DNA of 34,375 bases from Nemertoderma westbladi (Eukaryota > Animalia > Xenacoelomorpha). Below are positions 23,235 through 33,880 of the stretch, piece by piece. The notes beneath the pieces are model-generated. The model was not told the DNA's origin. It searched no databases and saw only the letters and a list, made by a program, of their open reading frames with translations. Numbering within the stretch: the first letter of the stretch is position 1; every line of letters begins with the position of its first letter. A program made the position numbers and the translations under genes. The stretch covers positions 1 through 34,375 of the forward strand of contig JAUCBJ010004311.1 in the NCBI GenBank assembly GCA_032718475.1. The letters run 5' to 3'.

Positions 23235-23507
23235 GGTGGAAATTTGCCTGACAGCCAGATTGGCCTACTGCATTACCTACCGGTAGGCGGGGTATAGCTA
23301 TTAATAACCAGTAGGGCCTAGCTATATTATTATAACATGGCTCCAAACGCCACCATAAATATAAGCTAACTTATTTATAACATAATTTATGTAATTTTTA
23401 CAATTATTTATACAGCGACTAATTTAATTTATGCAGTTTCTATCACTTATAATGTATATGTACAATAATTTCGTAATGTTAAAATTTTGGAATAAAACTA
23501 CAAACAG

Positions 23508-23630
23508 ACTTGTTGCAAAGTACTTTACAGTATTCTGATCCTCGTGACTTTATTTTCACTCACTAACGTTCGTTCGTGTAACAAAGCCACTCGGATCATC
23601 ACACTGTAAAGTGCTACTTTACACACAAGT
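23508..23630. mobile_element. Degenerate palindromic MITE, possibly Crypton-derived
   Basis: Nested inverted blocks ACTTGT/ACAAGT, CTTTACAGT/ACTGTAAAG, TGATCC/GGATCA and GTGACTTT/AAAGCCAC surround CACTCACTAACGTTCGTTCGTG. The family assignment is from memory. Confidence 0.55.
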
Positions 23631-23957
23631 ATGTAAATAGTTATTAATGCTTCTATGAAAACATTTGTGCGGCCATGGTATGGCTGTGGAGCACCTCAGA
23701 TTATTTAATTTAGTAAATACATCTTATTAAAACAAAAAACATATTGCGAATTATTTTTAAAAGAAAATTTAATAAAATTTATTTCCAGTGACATAATTAC
23801 TTATTAATGTGAGAAGGAATCGAAATAGACTCGATTCTGATTCCACATCCGTGTCTTCCACAGTACCAAGTCGAAAAAGTACAAAGTCGTAAATAATAAT
23901 GAATATGAATATATGAATACAATAATTATTGTTTATAAAATTATTGTAATTTATTAC

Positions 23958-24080
23958 CTTCACATATGGAGACACCATCTCCAGTAAATCCAGATTTACA
24001 ACTGCAATTAAATGACTCCAGAGTATCGATACAGTCAGCATTTATGTGACAGTTGTCGGTGTTTATTGCACATTCATCCA
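23958..24080 (-). CDS. Host exon B: calcium-binding EGF-like module (123 nt, phase 1-1)
   Basis: ttgtcgttctAG|(V)[40 protein letters not shown]|GTAATA. Confidence 0.9.
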
Positions 24081-24142
24081 CTAGAACGACAAAAAGATTT
24101 CATTGTAACAAAAATATTTACCATAATCTACTAACATCATCG

Positions 24143-24321
24143 GGCGGGGTAGCTCAGTTGGTTGAGCGCCGGGCCTGTAATCTATTGGTTGTAGGTTCAG
24201 CCCCGCCAGGGTCCACTCAGCAAAGATAGGAGTAGCGCCCACCCCTACCCTCGGGTAGCAGCTATCGAAAGAGGAGCCTTCGGGTCGCCTCCGGCTTCGG
24301 CTGACTGTTTGATTTTTTTTT
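24143..24321 (+). mobile_element. tRNA-derived SINE, family 1, with central domain deleted
   Basis: A box TAGCTCAGTTGG and degenerate B box GGTTCAGCCCC. Near-identical to the reverse complement of 30751-30995 apart from 51-nt and 6-nt deletions. Confidence 0.88.
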
Positions 24322-24385
24322 AAACTCATAAAGTTTATAATTAATTATTGTTAATTAAAAAAATGGTTTATATTTCCTACTACTT

Positions 24386-24960
24386 CTAGGTTGAGCGAAC
24401 TCGGACAGTGGAAATGAGATCCACCCAGGTGTGAGTGAAGTAATACCAAACCAATAAACGAGAATAGGAGATAATATGTAACACAATTAGTGACATGATT
24501 AAGAGAGTAACAACCGTGGATGACATATTGGCTACAGAGTCAGTGATGAGTGATGGTATTATGTGAGTCCAAAGACATTGAGAAGGTGTGAATGCATATT
24601 GGAGGCCTAACAATCGGGTGTTAAATATGTATTAGCAGACCGAACAATGATGCAATAACTACTGTAGGGATGTAAGGACAACAGTAAGGACAATACATTT
24701 GGTTATTTAAAAAATGTTTTGTTTATTTTTTTTATTTTTTAGTTTAAAAGTTTATTTGTTACGGTAGAAGGGGACTATTAGTACATAGGGGGAAATACCA
24801 GGTCAGTCATGGCTGAGAGGAAGTAGCTAGCAATTTGTATACGAAAGGTGAAGGTGTAACCTATATTAGGGATGTTGGTGCCAATTATTGAGGTGTATAA
24901 GATTATGTTTTTAGGAAAGTAGTTAATTCCATGGGTGCATTTCTACAATAAATGTCACCT
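24386..24960 (-). mobile_element. Old CR1/L2-like LINE 3' RT relic
   Basis: Degenerate TRLLGL..WTHI and SPILVY/LLVWY motifs. Nucleotide similarity to 33330-33880 (TAATACCAAACCAATAAA; GAGTAACAAC.GTGGATG; AATGTCACCTCT). Confidence 0.45.
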
Positions 24961-25997
24961 CTCTCTCTCTCTCCTTATTACATTTATGTAACTTATATTG
25001 TATTATTGGTGATTTCGCTACTTCGCACCGTACGTGCAATAGAATTGTTGGTGATGATGAGACAAGTAAATGCCATTATATTACAAGTCAACAAGAACCC
25101 TCTTATTTATTACACTGCTTCCGGGGTCTAACGCATATCCTCGACTGGCCACTCGTTGGACCGACGGCAGATTCCCTGAGCCAAACCGGAAGTCACGTGT
25201 ATGGCATACACGTGGGAAGGGAGGTAGGCACTTCTACTTGAGAGCGCCTGTGGAATGTTTTTACTCTCGATGTTTTTACTCTCGATAATTTGACTGGCGA
25301 TATTTTTATTCGCGATATTTTTTATGTCTCGATACTATTCAATATAACCCCATGAAATCCACAATTGGCAAGCCCAAAGCAGCGTGTATTAAGAATGCTA
25401 TGCCGGCTTATCAACAAAGTTGCACCGCCACAACTCCCTATCCACCATGGCTTTCACGAGATTATCGTCAAGGCTGCCCGTGGCATCACGTGCCATTACG
25501 TGGCATCTTCAAGGCCAGTGTCTTATAAGAGGCGTCTTAAGAAAGAGAATGGGCGGCTGCCCATTCTAGGGCTCTGCCAAAGCCAAAGCCCTAGATTGTG
25601 CACAGGCTGGTCCTCAAGGCGAAAGCAATGTCCTGCAAGCAGACTTTATCCAACTGCTGAGGATACCACATCTCATGATGGCACGATCATGATCGATGAT
25701 CGATGAATGCTGACCAATTGTGGATGACTAACCATGATCAATAGTCACAGCATGTGTTGTATACTATGTATTTTAAGAAAATAATTTATAATTATTTGTA
25801 AATAATATGTGGTTTTAATAACTTGTGCTAATTAACTTGGACATTGAACATATAACATGGATATTAATCCTATTCTTATTACTGCATATCAAAAATTATA
25901 AGATTTTGTCTATTTCAAAACAAAATTACAATGGACTAATAATAAGTATTAATTATAATTATAGTGATTCAGTACGATTATGAACTGTTTATTTTAC

Positions 25998-26120
25998 CTT
26001 GACATATCACACCATCACCAGAGAAGCCTGTTTTACAGGTGCAATTAAAACCGAAGATAGTATTCGAACAATTGGCATCGATGTGGCAGTTATGGGTGTG
26101 GCTAAGGCATTCATTATCAT
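25998..26120 (-). CDS. Host exon A: calcium-binding EGF-like module (123 nt, phase 1-1)
   Basis: ttcctctccctataatttcAG|(D)DNECLSHTHNCHIDANCSNTIFGFNCTCKTGFSGDGVICQ|GTAAAA. Confidence 0.93.
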
Positions 26121-26652
26121 CTGAAATTATAGGGAGAGGAAAAATTACATTACTGAGAGTGAAGGTGTACAATTTTTTAATATTTACTTTTGACACAAAA
26201 TATGATGAGTTCGATGTTGTACTTGCAAGAACTATGGCCTATGTGGGTAAATGGGGGCCAATGTGGGTTTCTCAAACTGGGTACCTTTTCTCTTACCTAC
26301 CTACTTACTAGCTCAAACCCAACCTCAAACTTGCGTTTTACCCCCCATTTAGCATTCATACGAGTTTAATGGCTCACTCGCTTCAGCTAATCTTTGGCTG
26401 GGCTCTTGTGTCTCATTCTGCTATAATTTCCTTTGCTTGCGTGTAATTACCCCCCCCCCCCCCCCCTGGTAGACAGTGAGGATTAATTTGCAGGTTCACT
26501 GAGTGTATTAATTAATTTATTTTTGTTTAAATTTATTTCGTTAATATTTAATTGCGCCGAGTTTGGCAGGATAAAAACTGATTAAATAATTATATACACA
26601 ATGAAATAAAATAATAATACAATCATAAACTATTGAATTAATAATTAAAAAG

Positions 26653-29267
26653 TTATGTGTTGGCCCATTGCGAGAGAGTTCTTTGGTTATTTAAACAATG
26701 TAGGAGGTGGTAGATCGTGGCTGTCTGGCCGCATAACTTGCATCGGCAGTCGTCTCCTGGTTGGTGGTAGGTTTTCGTACGGCACACGGCGTGGTGGAAA
26801 CCGTGGATAGAGAACCTTGTCACCACGTGTCTCTGCGGTTCATTTGCGCCTGCCCATTTTCGGTTGGCGAACGCCATCGAGTTCCAGAATTCTTTGGGGA
26901 TTTCGCCAATTTTTGTGTTAACGATGTCCGTATATTTCTGAAATTCAGAGGTTTGAGGCAAACGTAGCTCAACAACCAGCTGGGAAACGAGGGTCTTCTC
27001 GCCGCATAGCGCCAGAACGAGCTGGTTGTGGGTCGTTTTATGTAGCCCCAGGACCCGTTTGAGGTATGTGGATTTAATTTTATCTAGTGTTTGCATGTTG
27101 TTTGCTGAGAGAAATGGCCATATTTCGCGGAAACAATATGTTATTGTCGGTTTGACTTTTAATTTAAATAATTTTCTAGCGGTTTCAACTGAGAGTAGTT
27201 GGGGTTTCTTAATATTATGGATAATTGTGATGGCTTTACAGACAATCGATGTAGTATGCTTTGTAAATGACAATGATGACTGCAATGTAATCCCAAGATA
27301 TTTATAAGAGTTTGTCATTGGTACCATATTCCCATTGTATATGAATTTATCAGCTGTGCTCAGACGACCGCCTCGGCAAAACTTAATTATAGCGGTTTTC
27401 TTTAAGTTTACCCTTTAAGTTTTCTGAGGCCCATCGCGCTAAGGCATCCAGTCCCAACTGAATGGTCTCTCTGGAGTTGCTGTAGAACAGCAGATCGTCG
27501 TCGAATAGGAGGATGATTAATTCTCCAACCCATCGGGCTACTCCAGCGATATATAGTACGATATCCCATATGAATATAATGAATAAAAGGGGGCGTAGCG
27601 AGTCACCTTGAAGTACTCCTCGGGATTGTTTAATAGTCTTAGATAGCCGTAGCCGGTCTGAAACTCGTATAAAATTGGTTGACAATATCGCTTTAATGAG
27701 ACGATATAGATTCCCCTTAATATTGAAGTGGTTTTTCAATTTAAACAGTAACCTTGATCTGGGCACCGTGTCGAATGCCTTCCTGAAGTCCACGAACACT
27801 GCATATAGTGGTTTTCGCGGAGTAGCCAGGTTACTGAATATCCGGTTTACTAGCTGTGCTATTGGCATCTTAGTGGATCGACCAGGCAGGAAACCGAACT
27901 GTTCCGCCGGGATACGGTGAATTACAAGAGCCCGTAGTCGGTTCGCTACAAGACTAGTTAGTACCTTATACGCATTACAGAGCAGAGCAATACCTCTATA
28001 GCAGTCTGAATCGTGTCGGGAACCTGACCCCTTGAAGAGGACCTTGATGATGCTGTGTTTCCAGCTATTAACAAGTGCACGATTCCCCTTAATTCATCGC
28101 CCGAGTCTAGTGGAATTTCCAAGGATTCCTCTGATTGGAGTACGTTCTCGAAGTGGCTCTCCCACTTTTCTAGCGGAACTGGACTGTTGGTCGACGTATT
28201 CGATTTCTTTGTCCATTTGTAGGGTTTAGTTTCTGTCTGTTATTAGTTTCTTCTCGGTTTGTAAGGCAAATTCATTCTGCTTAACTTTCAGCATAGATTT
28301 ATATTCCCGCATACATTCGCATAGCCTCTGGGAGGCCGAGGGATCAGATTTAACTGTTGCGTGGAGTGCAGCACCTCCCGTCGTTTAGAGTAGCATTGCG
28401 CATCTAACCAGGGTTTAGCGAAACGTGTCGTAGTTTTACGTAGGGGGGCGGCATCTTTAATAGCGCCTGAGAGCGATTTATACGCTTCGTTGATGCGGTT
28501 CTCCCGCAGTAAATTATTTGTATCATTGAGGCGATAGTTAGATTGTAGCTTTGGAATATCGATTTCCCGTTTTCGGAGTGGTTGATTTCCGGCTAACAGG
28601 GGCTGAGGAGCTGTCCGGTTCCAGTTCCAGCTAGCTGTCACTGGTACATGTTTCCTTAGACATCGCGGTTTGCAGTTTATTGTCTGGACCGGTCTGTTAG
28701 AGTAAAATAGATCGATACCACTACTTCCGTTATGTCATATGTATGTTGGTACCTTGCGATTATTTTGTAGCGATAGACCGATATCGTCCATTAATTCCTC
28801 AAGGGCGGTGGTTTTGATATTGTCTGCAATGTCGACCCGCACATTAAAGTCTCCACCAATGACAACAGGGCCTCCGAAATTATCAGGAATTTGATCTGTA
28901 ACAGTCAAAACACCATCAATGAAATCCTCGAGGGCTGTTTGAGGGGGAAAGTAACTGCAAGAAAATAAACCAAAGTCTGTGTAACAGTTACACTAGAAGA
29001 GTCCATATGGATTAGGTTTGGGTTTAGATGCGGTTTAACCACAATTGTTATTCCACCGATGGGCCAACCTCGACCTATTGGTTTTGTAGCTGGCCAATCA
29101 TAGGTGTAGTATCCGGTAATATCTACCTTCTTGTCTGAAGTTGCCAAGGTTTCCGTAAACATCAGGGCGTCGCTGTCGAAGACTGTGTCGTTGTGAGAGA
29201 GTCCCAGGACTGATCGTAGGCCTTCAACATTCCATAGAGCGGCACGTAATGTTTCTGATGTTGGCAT
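26653..29267 (-). pseudogene. ORF2: AP endonuclease, RT and C-terminal His/Cys finger, with multiple frameshifts
   Basis: LWNVEGL, FTET, GGDFN, YRGIALL, QFGFLPGRST, FVDFRKAFDTVPR, GVLQGDSL, LFDDDL, YKYLGI and HGFHH..C...CRCKLC......YHLLHC. Confidence 0.9.
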
Positions 29268-29410
29268 TATTGGCGAGGTCCTAGTGGTCGGTGCTGCTGG
29301 TGTTGCAACCTTAATTGAAATTGAAGTAGTTTGGTCCTCGGTCGGTAGTCAGTTCAAATTCCCTCCGGCATTCCGAATCTTGTTCCCGGCACTGGGGTTT
29401 TGTTGCAGCT

Positions 29411-30283
29411 TTAGGTTCGCCCTATCTGCTTGGCTAAGGTATTGTCTAGTAATAGTTGCACCCTTGGGCCAATTTCCTGGTGTATATATTGCTTCCCGGG
29501 ATTCATCATTGGGCAAACCACATGAAACGTCCCATAGTTTGGTCGCAGAGTGGCGTCGTTGTCAGTAGCAGGAAGGAGTTTAAACACATGATCCACGGCG
29601 ATATTTCTCCCTGCAAGATGTGTTTTGCCCATTTCCACCGAAGTGTCAGGTTGGAGACGGATGATGCGGATATGAAATCGTGGCGAGAGCTGAGCCACCG
29701 CTTTCAGAGTACCGGGTTGGGTTGTCCCCTCCGGACTAGATTCTTTATTTGTTCCCGTTGCTATGACAATAGACTGTCTGCTCTTATGTCGTTTCGTGAC
29801 CCACCCCGAGTCTACTTCGCATCCCGGTTCTGGTGTAGAAGCAAACCGCTGTGGTTTGGTGGGGTCCACAGTTGGTGGGGGGATCCGAGTTGTCGATGAG
29901 GTGTCGACTACCATTACCGCCGCACCCGCCTCGGGTACCGGTACTGTCCGCCCTGACTGTACTCTGGCGGGTTTTGTTTCCTTCGGTGTAGCCGCAGCGC
30001 CTCCTCCTCCGGATCCCCGGGGTGGATGTTGCACTGCGTAACTGTAGCGCATCGGTTGGTTTTCATTTGTCCGTCTGAGACACCGGAGAAGTTCGCTTTT
30101 CGCAGTAATTATGTCCTCCCGTGCGTCGCTCAGCTTACCCAGAACGATTGTGTATTTCGATGTCATTGTCATAACCCACTCGGTCATTTGTTTGTCGTCT
30201 TCCTGGTTGACGGATTTCTTCTGCTTTATTGCCTTTAGTACTCCAAGTATATTGTCTTGCAACTCTATAAATTCTTCGGCCAT
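29411..30283 (-). CDS. LINE ORF1 (coiled-coil N-terminus, Pro/Thr-rich linker, RRM-like C-terminus), likely frameshifted near its end
   Basis: A 290-aa ORF directly upstream of ORF2. FHIRIIRLQPDTS...HL and YGTFHV resemble non-LTR ORF1 RRM motifs. Confidence 0.65.
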   Translation of the reverse strand: MAEEFIELQDNILGVLKAIKQKKSVNQEDDKQMTEWVMTMTSKYTIVLGKLSDAREDIITAKSELLRCLRRTNENQPMRYSYAVQHPPRGSGGGGAAATPKETKPARVQSGRTVPVPEAGAAVMVVDTSSTTRIPPPTVDPTKPQRFASTPEPGCEVDSGWVTKRHKSRQSIVIATGTNKESSPEGTTQPGTLKAVAQLSPRFHIRIIRLQPDTSVEMGKTHLAGRNIAVDHVFKLLPATDNDATLRPNYGTFHVVCPMMNPGKQYIHQEIGPRVQLLLDNTLAKQIGRT

Positions 30284-30750
30284 AATCGATCACAGTTTAA
30301 AATTGTTTAAGTTTTTGTTTAGTTTTAAGGTTAACAGCTTAAACGTAACAGTCAGGCAGTTCGTAACAGTCAGGCAGTAATTTACAGCTGTATCGGTAGT
30401 GCATTGAAAATATAATATGTGTTATATATATGTTTAAATTTATTTTGAATAAAATCAGAATAATTATAAAAATATATTAAATGGAAGAAGTTCTTTCTTC
30501 CGGGTTACATTTTATAAAATATGTTTGACCTTAAACATAACCATACCGTAACATTATTTTATTAATTATTAACTTTATTTACACTTTAACATAATATAAG
30601 TGCTATTGGGGTGGTAGCCGAAGTGGACTCTCCGCCTACCCTTTCAACATCACTTATAGAAAATAAATAATATAATGGACATTATAATGCCACCCACATG
30701 TGTCCATTTAAAGTTTTTAACTAATACGCCCCTTATCTAATATCTAATAT

Positions 30751-30995
30751 CAAGCAAAGCAAAGCAAAGCAAACAGTCGGCCGAAGCCGGAGGCGACCCG
30801 AAGGCTCCTCTTTCGATAGCTGCTACCCGAGGGTAGGGGTGGGCGCTACTCCTATCCCAAGATTTGCTCGCAGTTATTTAACTGGTACTCATTTTATCGA
30901 CCCCAGTGGATGAAAGGCTGAGTGGACCCTGGCGGGGCTGAACCTACAACCAATAGATTGCAGGCCCGGCGCTCAACCAACTGAGCTACCCCGCC
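30751..30995 (-). mobile_element. tRNA-derived SINE, family 1, complete
   Basis: tRNA-like head, central CTCAGCCTTTCATCC...AAAATGAGTACCAG domain, GC-rich hairpin tail and (TTTGC)n end. Possible degenerate TSD TCTAATAT/TCTGATAT. Confidence 0.9.
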
Positions 30996-31410
30996 TTCTG
31001 ATATACTCTGGTGATAGACTATATATTTGCCTGGTAGCTTTAGACTTTGGTGATGGTGGTACTTTAGGCCTACTTCGATTCGATAACCTTATACTAGTAC
31101 TGCATTTACTACTGTGTACCGTGAGTGTAACTGTATATGAGCATGACTGTAATATATAACCTAATATACACTGCTACTGCTGTACCGTTTTATTTGCTTT
31201 CCTTGTATCTTATAACGGTATGCACTGTATGTGTATGTACTGTATACCCGGATAGTGCCATAGTTATTGCGCTGCCTGGATAAATGTTCATGGCCTTGGC
31301 AAACATTCAAACAGCCCAATCGCCGAAGCCACTACCTACATTAATTATATTTCGTTAAGTACCTATAATTTATTTTTTACAGTGCCTTGTTAAGGCCACA
31401 GTATAACACT

Positions 31411-31694
31411 GTAAAGTAAAAAGTAAAAGTAAATTTTCTTCGGCCGCTAGGCCAGGGATTACGCACAAAGTCTGACGACTTATTTCCAGTGCGGTCCCCC
31501 CAGAACTTTACTTCCCAGAGGAAACTCCAGTACTCATTTAGCTACCACTTAAGGATGCAAGGCAGAGATGCGCCCTGGCTGGTCCCTTTAAAGCATTCGT
31601 GCCGAAACGAAAACTGCCCTGGCCCATGTGAGGATCGAACCCACGACCTACAGGAGATGTGAATTCAATGCAACCACTAAACCAAGGTGGAACC
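31411..31694 (-). mobile_element. tRNA-derived SINE, family 2
   Basis: A box TGGTTTAGTGG and B box GGTTCGATCC. Central CTCTGCCTTGCATCC...AAATGAGTACTGG. LINE-like tail GGACCGCACTGGAAATAAG and (TTTAC)n end. Confidence 0.8.
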
Positions 31695-31805
31695 TTAACT
31701 GCTTTCGGAACACTGCTTTCTTCTAAGTGTACCTGTATGCCAACAGAAAATTTTCCATGGTGGATATACTAAAAATTAGTTAACCTTAATGCTGTATATA
31801 TAGAC

Positions 31806-32325
31806 TTGTGCCTACTGTTGACGGTGACACAGAACCATTTGAAGTGTTATGGAGCGTCCTCCAGGGAGACACACTTGCACCATTCTTGTTCATAATTGTT
31901 GTTGACTATGTTCTACGCATGTCCTTAGATCATCATAATGATGATGGGGTGATGATAACTCCACCTACTGGCTCCAGAAGTCGAGGAAATTCTGCCAAGT
32001 ATCTAACTGATCTAGACTTTGCTGATGACTTAGGAGTACTCTCAGAATCACTAGAGGGAGCCCAACGGCTCCTCAGCTCATTAGAACATGCTGCTTCTAG
32101 TGTTGGTCTTTTTATTAACTCCAGAAAGACCAAAATTTTGACAGTTAAGAAAGTTTTGACAGTTAGACGCATCTTAAAGGACACTGGCCTTGAAGATGTG
32201 GATGATCTAGCAAATGTCATGGGTGATAGGGAGTTGTGGCAGCGCAATTTTGTCGACAAGCCGCAGTTGCCGGCGCAGGTGCATCCGGCAGCTGCAATGC
32301 AGCATGCCGATCCTAGTAGTAGTAG
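31806..32325 (+). mobile_element. RTE copy 3, 5'-truncated with a ~535-bp internal deletion
   Basis: Matches copy 1 at ~3309-3651 and then ~4187-4341. (TAG)n tail. Degenerate TSD GTATATATAGAC (31794-31805) / GTATCTATACAC (32326-32337). Confidence 0.92.
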
Positions 32326-32797
32326 GTATCTATACACTATACAGTGCTCGAACTCGTGGCACATTACATTAAAGATATTAATTCTTCAGCTGCGAGGAAA
32401 TGACGCATGAAAACCACATGGTGAGATAAGCATGTTAATCTACACCATCAGCGGCCTGTGAAGATTATTGTAGAACTGAACAACAACATTTTATATGTGA
32501 TGAATGTTGTTGAATTCCTCTACAACATTTTCATCACCAGGGCTGGTTACTTTCCCCCAGTAAACCAGTGGATCGTTGTGAGGCTCTAATTGAATACCAG
32601 TCCACTGGGAAGAGGTAGTCAGCAACTATCCAAATAAACCTTAATCTAGAGGGTTCGTGCGAGACATATTATTAAAAGAAAGGATTTTTTCTAAGACTAC
32701 TTCTTTATCATCTGTAGACGAGATGAAGACATGCTAAGCATAGCACCCACCCAGGAGATATTGCACCAACTACAGTATCCTAACAATCCATTATTAA

Positions 32798-33328
32798 GGG
32801 GGCCATTACCCCAAATCTATTTTTATTTATAAAACTACTATTTTGAAATTTAAAACAATGATTTGTGATCTTTTACTAAACTAAGAAAACTGAGTATGGA
32901 TATCTTCATAAACCCGTTTGTTAGAAAAATATGGAACTTTTTGTGCAGGTTGGATTTTCTAAAAATTGTATAAATTTTGAGGTATTTATATGTAAAATAT
33001 CTCTTGTTTAAGAATCTATAATACCAGCTGGGTTGAAGTTCTCGGTCTAACACTTTGGAAAAATTGACCTATGTTGGCTATCTTTTTTGAACATTTCAGC
33101 ACAAAATTATTGTTTTTGAAAAATTTATGGGGGTTTCAGTATGTTCGACTATATTTTGGAAATCAATATTTTGTGATAGACAAATGATAGCAGGTACAAA
33201 ATAGGTTCTAGAAACCCATGCCCATCTTTTACAAAACCAATACTCACGATTGTACTCCTAAAACTGCCGATCATTTTGGTATATGTTTGATGACAATTGA
33301 GTGAAAAATAAAAAAATAGTAGGGAATT
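32798..33328. mobile_element. Possible Kolobok-like non-autonomous DNA element with a decayed right end
   Basis: Starts TTAA|GGGGGCCATTACCCC and has an A/T-tract-rich body. Only a partial inverted match near 33313-33328. Confidence 0.3.
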
Positions 33329-33329
33329 T

Positions 33330-33880
33330 AGTGATGAATAATGTCAAAATCCACAAACTGATAGAAAGGTTGTTTTATACAGAGAGTCATGTATATCAGC
33401 CATAAATACTGTTGGTGAAAATGTGAGCGAATAATACCAAACCAATAAAGGACATATTTAAGGGAGTAACAACTGTGGATGTAATATCGGCGACCGACAG
33501 AGTTATAGTGCGGTATGATTAAGTGTGTTAAAGTAATGAACAAACAAATTGTGAGGAAGCAATGTTAACGGAAAAACCCATTAAACACTGCATATTAGTG
33601 AAGCCAAGAGAGGCAATAATTATATGAAGTAACTGTTATACAGTGGGACGATATTGTGTGCATAATAGTAATCATTGTTGTACAGAACAAACGGACAATA
33701 TTGTTTGGGAATTGGCACCGTACACACAGCCGGGATGAGTACCTGGGATTTGAAGGATACATACAAGGGCCTTGGTTGAAGTGTTAATATTAGAGCGGCC
33801 AGATGTTTAGTGATTATTGGTACTATTTCAGTGTAGGATTTAATTCTTGAGTGTAATTCTACATTCAATGTCACCTCTTT
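33330..33880 (-). mobile_element. Old CR1/L2-like relic related to 24386-24960
   Basis: Shares collinear nucleotide blocks with 24430-24960 and has an LLVWYYSL-like motif. Confidence 0.45.

Larger units (their letters stand above)
26510..30397 (-). mobile_element. Near full-length decayed two-ORF non-LTR retrotransposon (RTEX-like; clade uncertain)
   Basis: Has ORF1 and ORF2, an AT-rich 3' end with AATAAA, and a candidate degenerate TSD AGTGTATT (26502-26509) / AGTGCATT (30398-30405). Higher GC than its flanks. Confidence 0.85.

Noticed and set aside
24143-24208. Functional tRNA genes here and at ~30930-30995 and ~31620-31694
   Set aside because: The B box or stems are degenerate, the anticodon differs between twins, and each continues into a SINE body and tail.
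17307-32325. RTE copies 2 and 3 are almost complementary halves, suggesting one element split by 12 kb carrying the EGF exons
   Set aside because: Copy 3 has its own degenerate TSD, and no repeat is shared between the left flank of copy 2 and the right flank of copy 3. Independent insertions are simpler.
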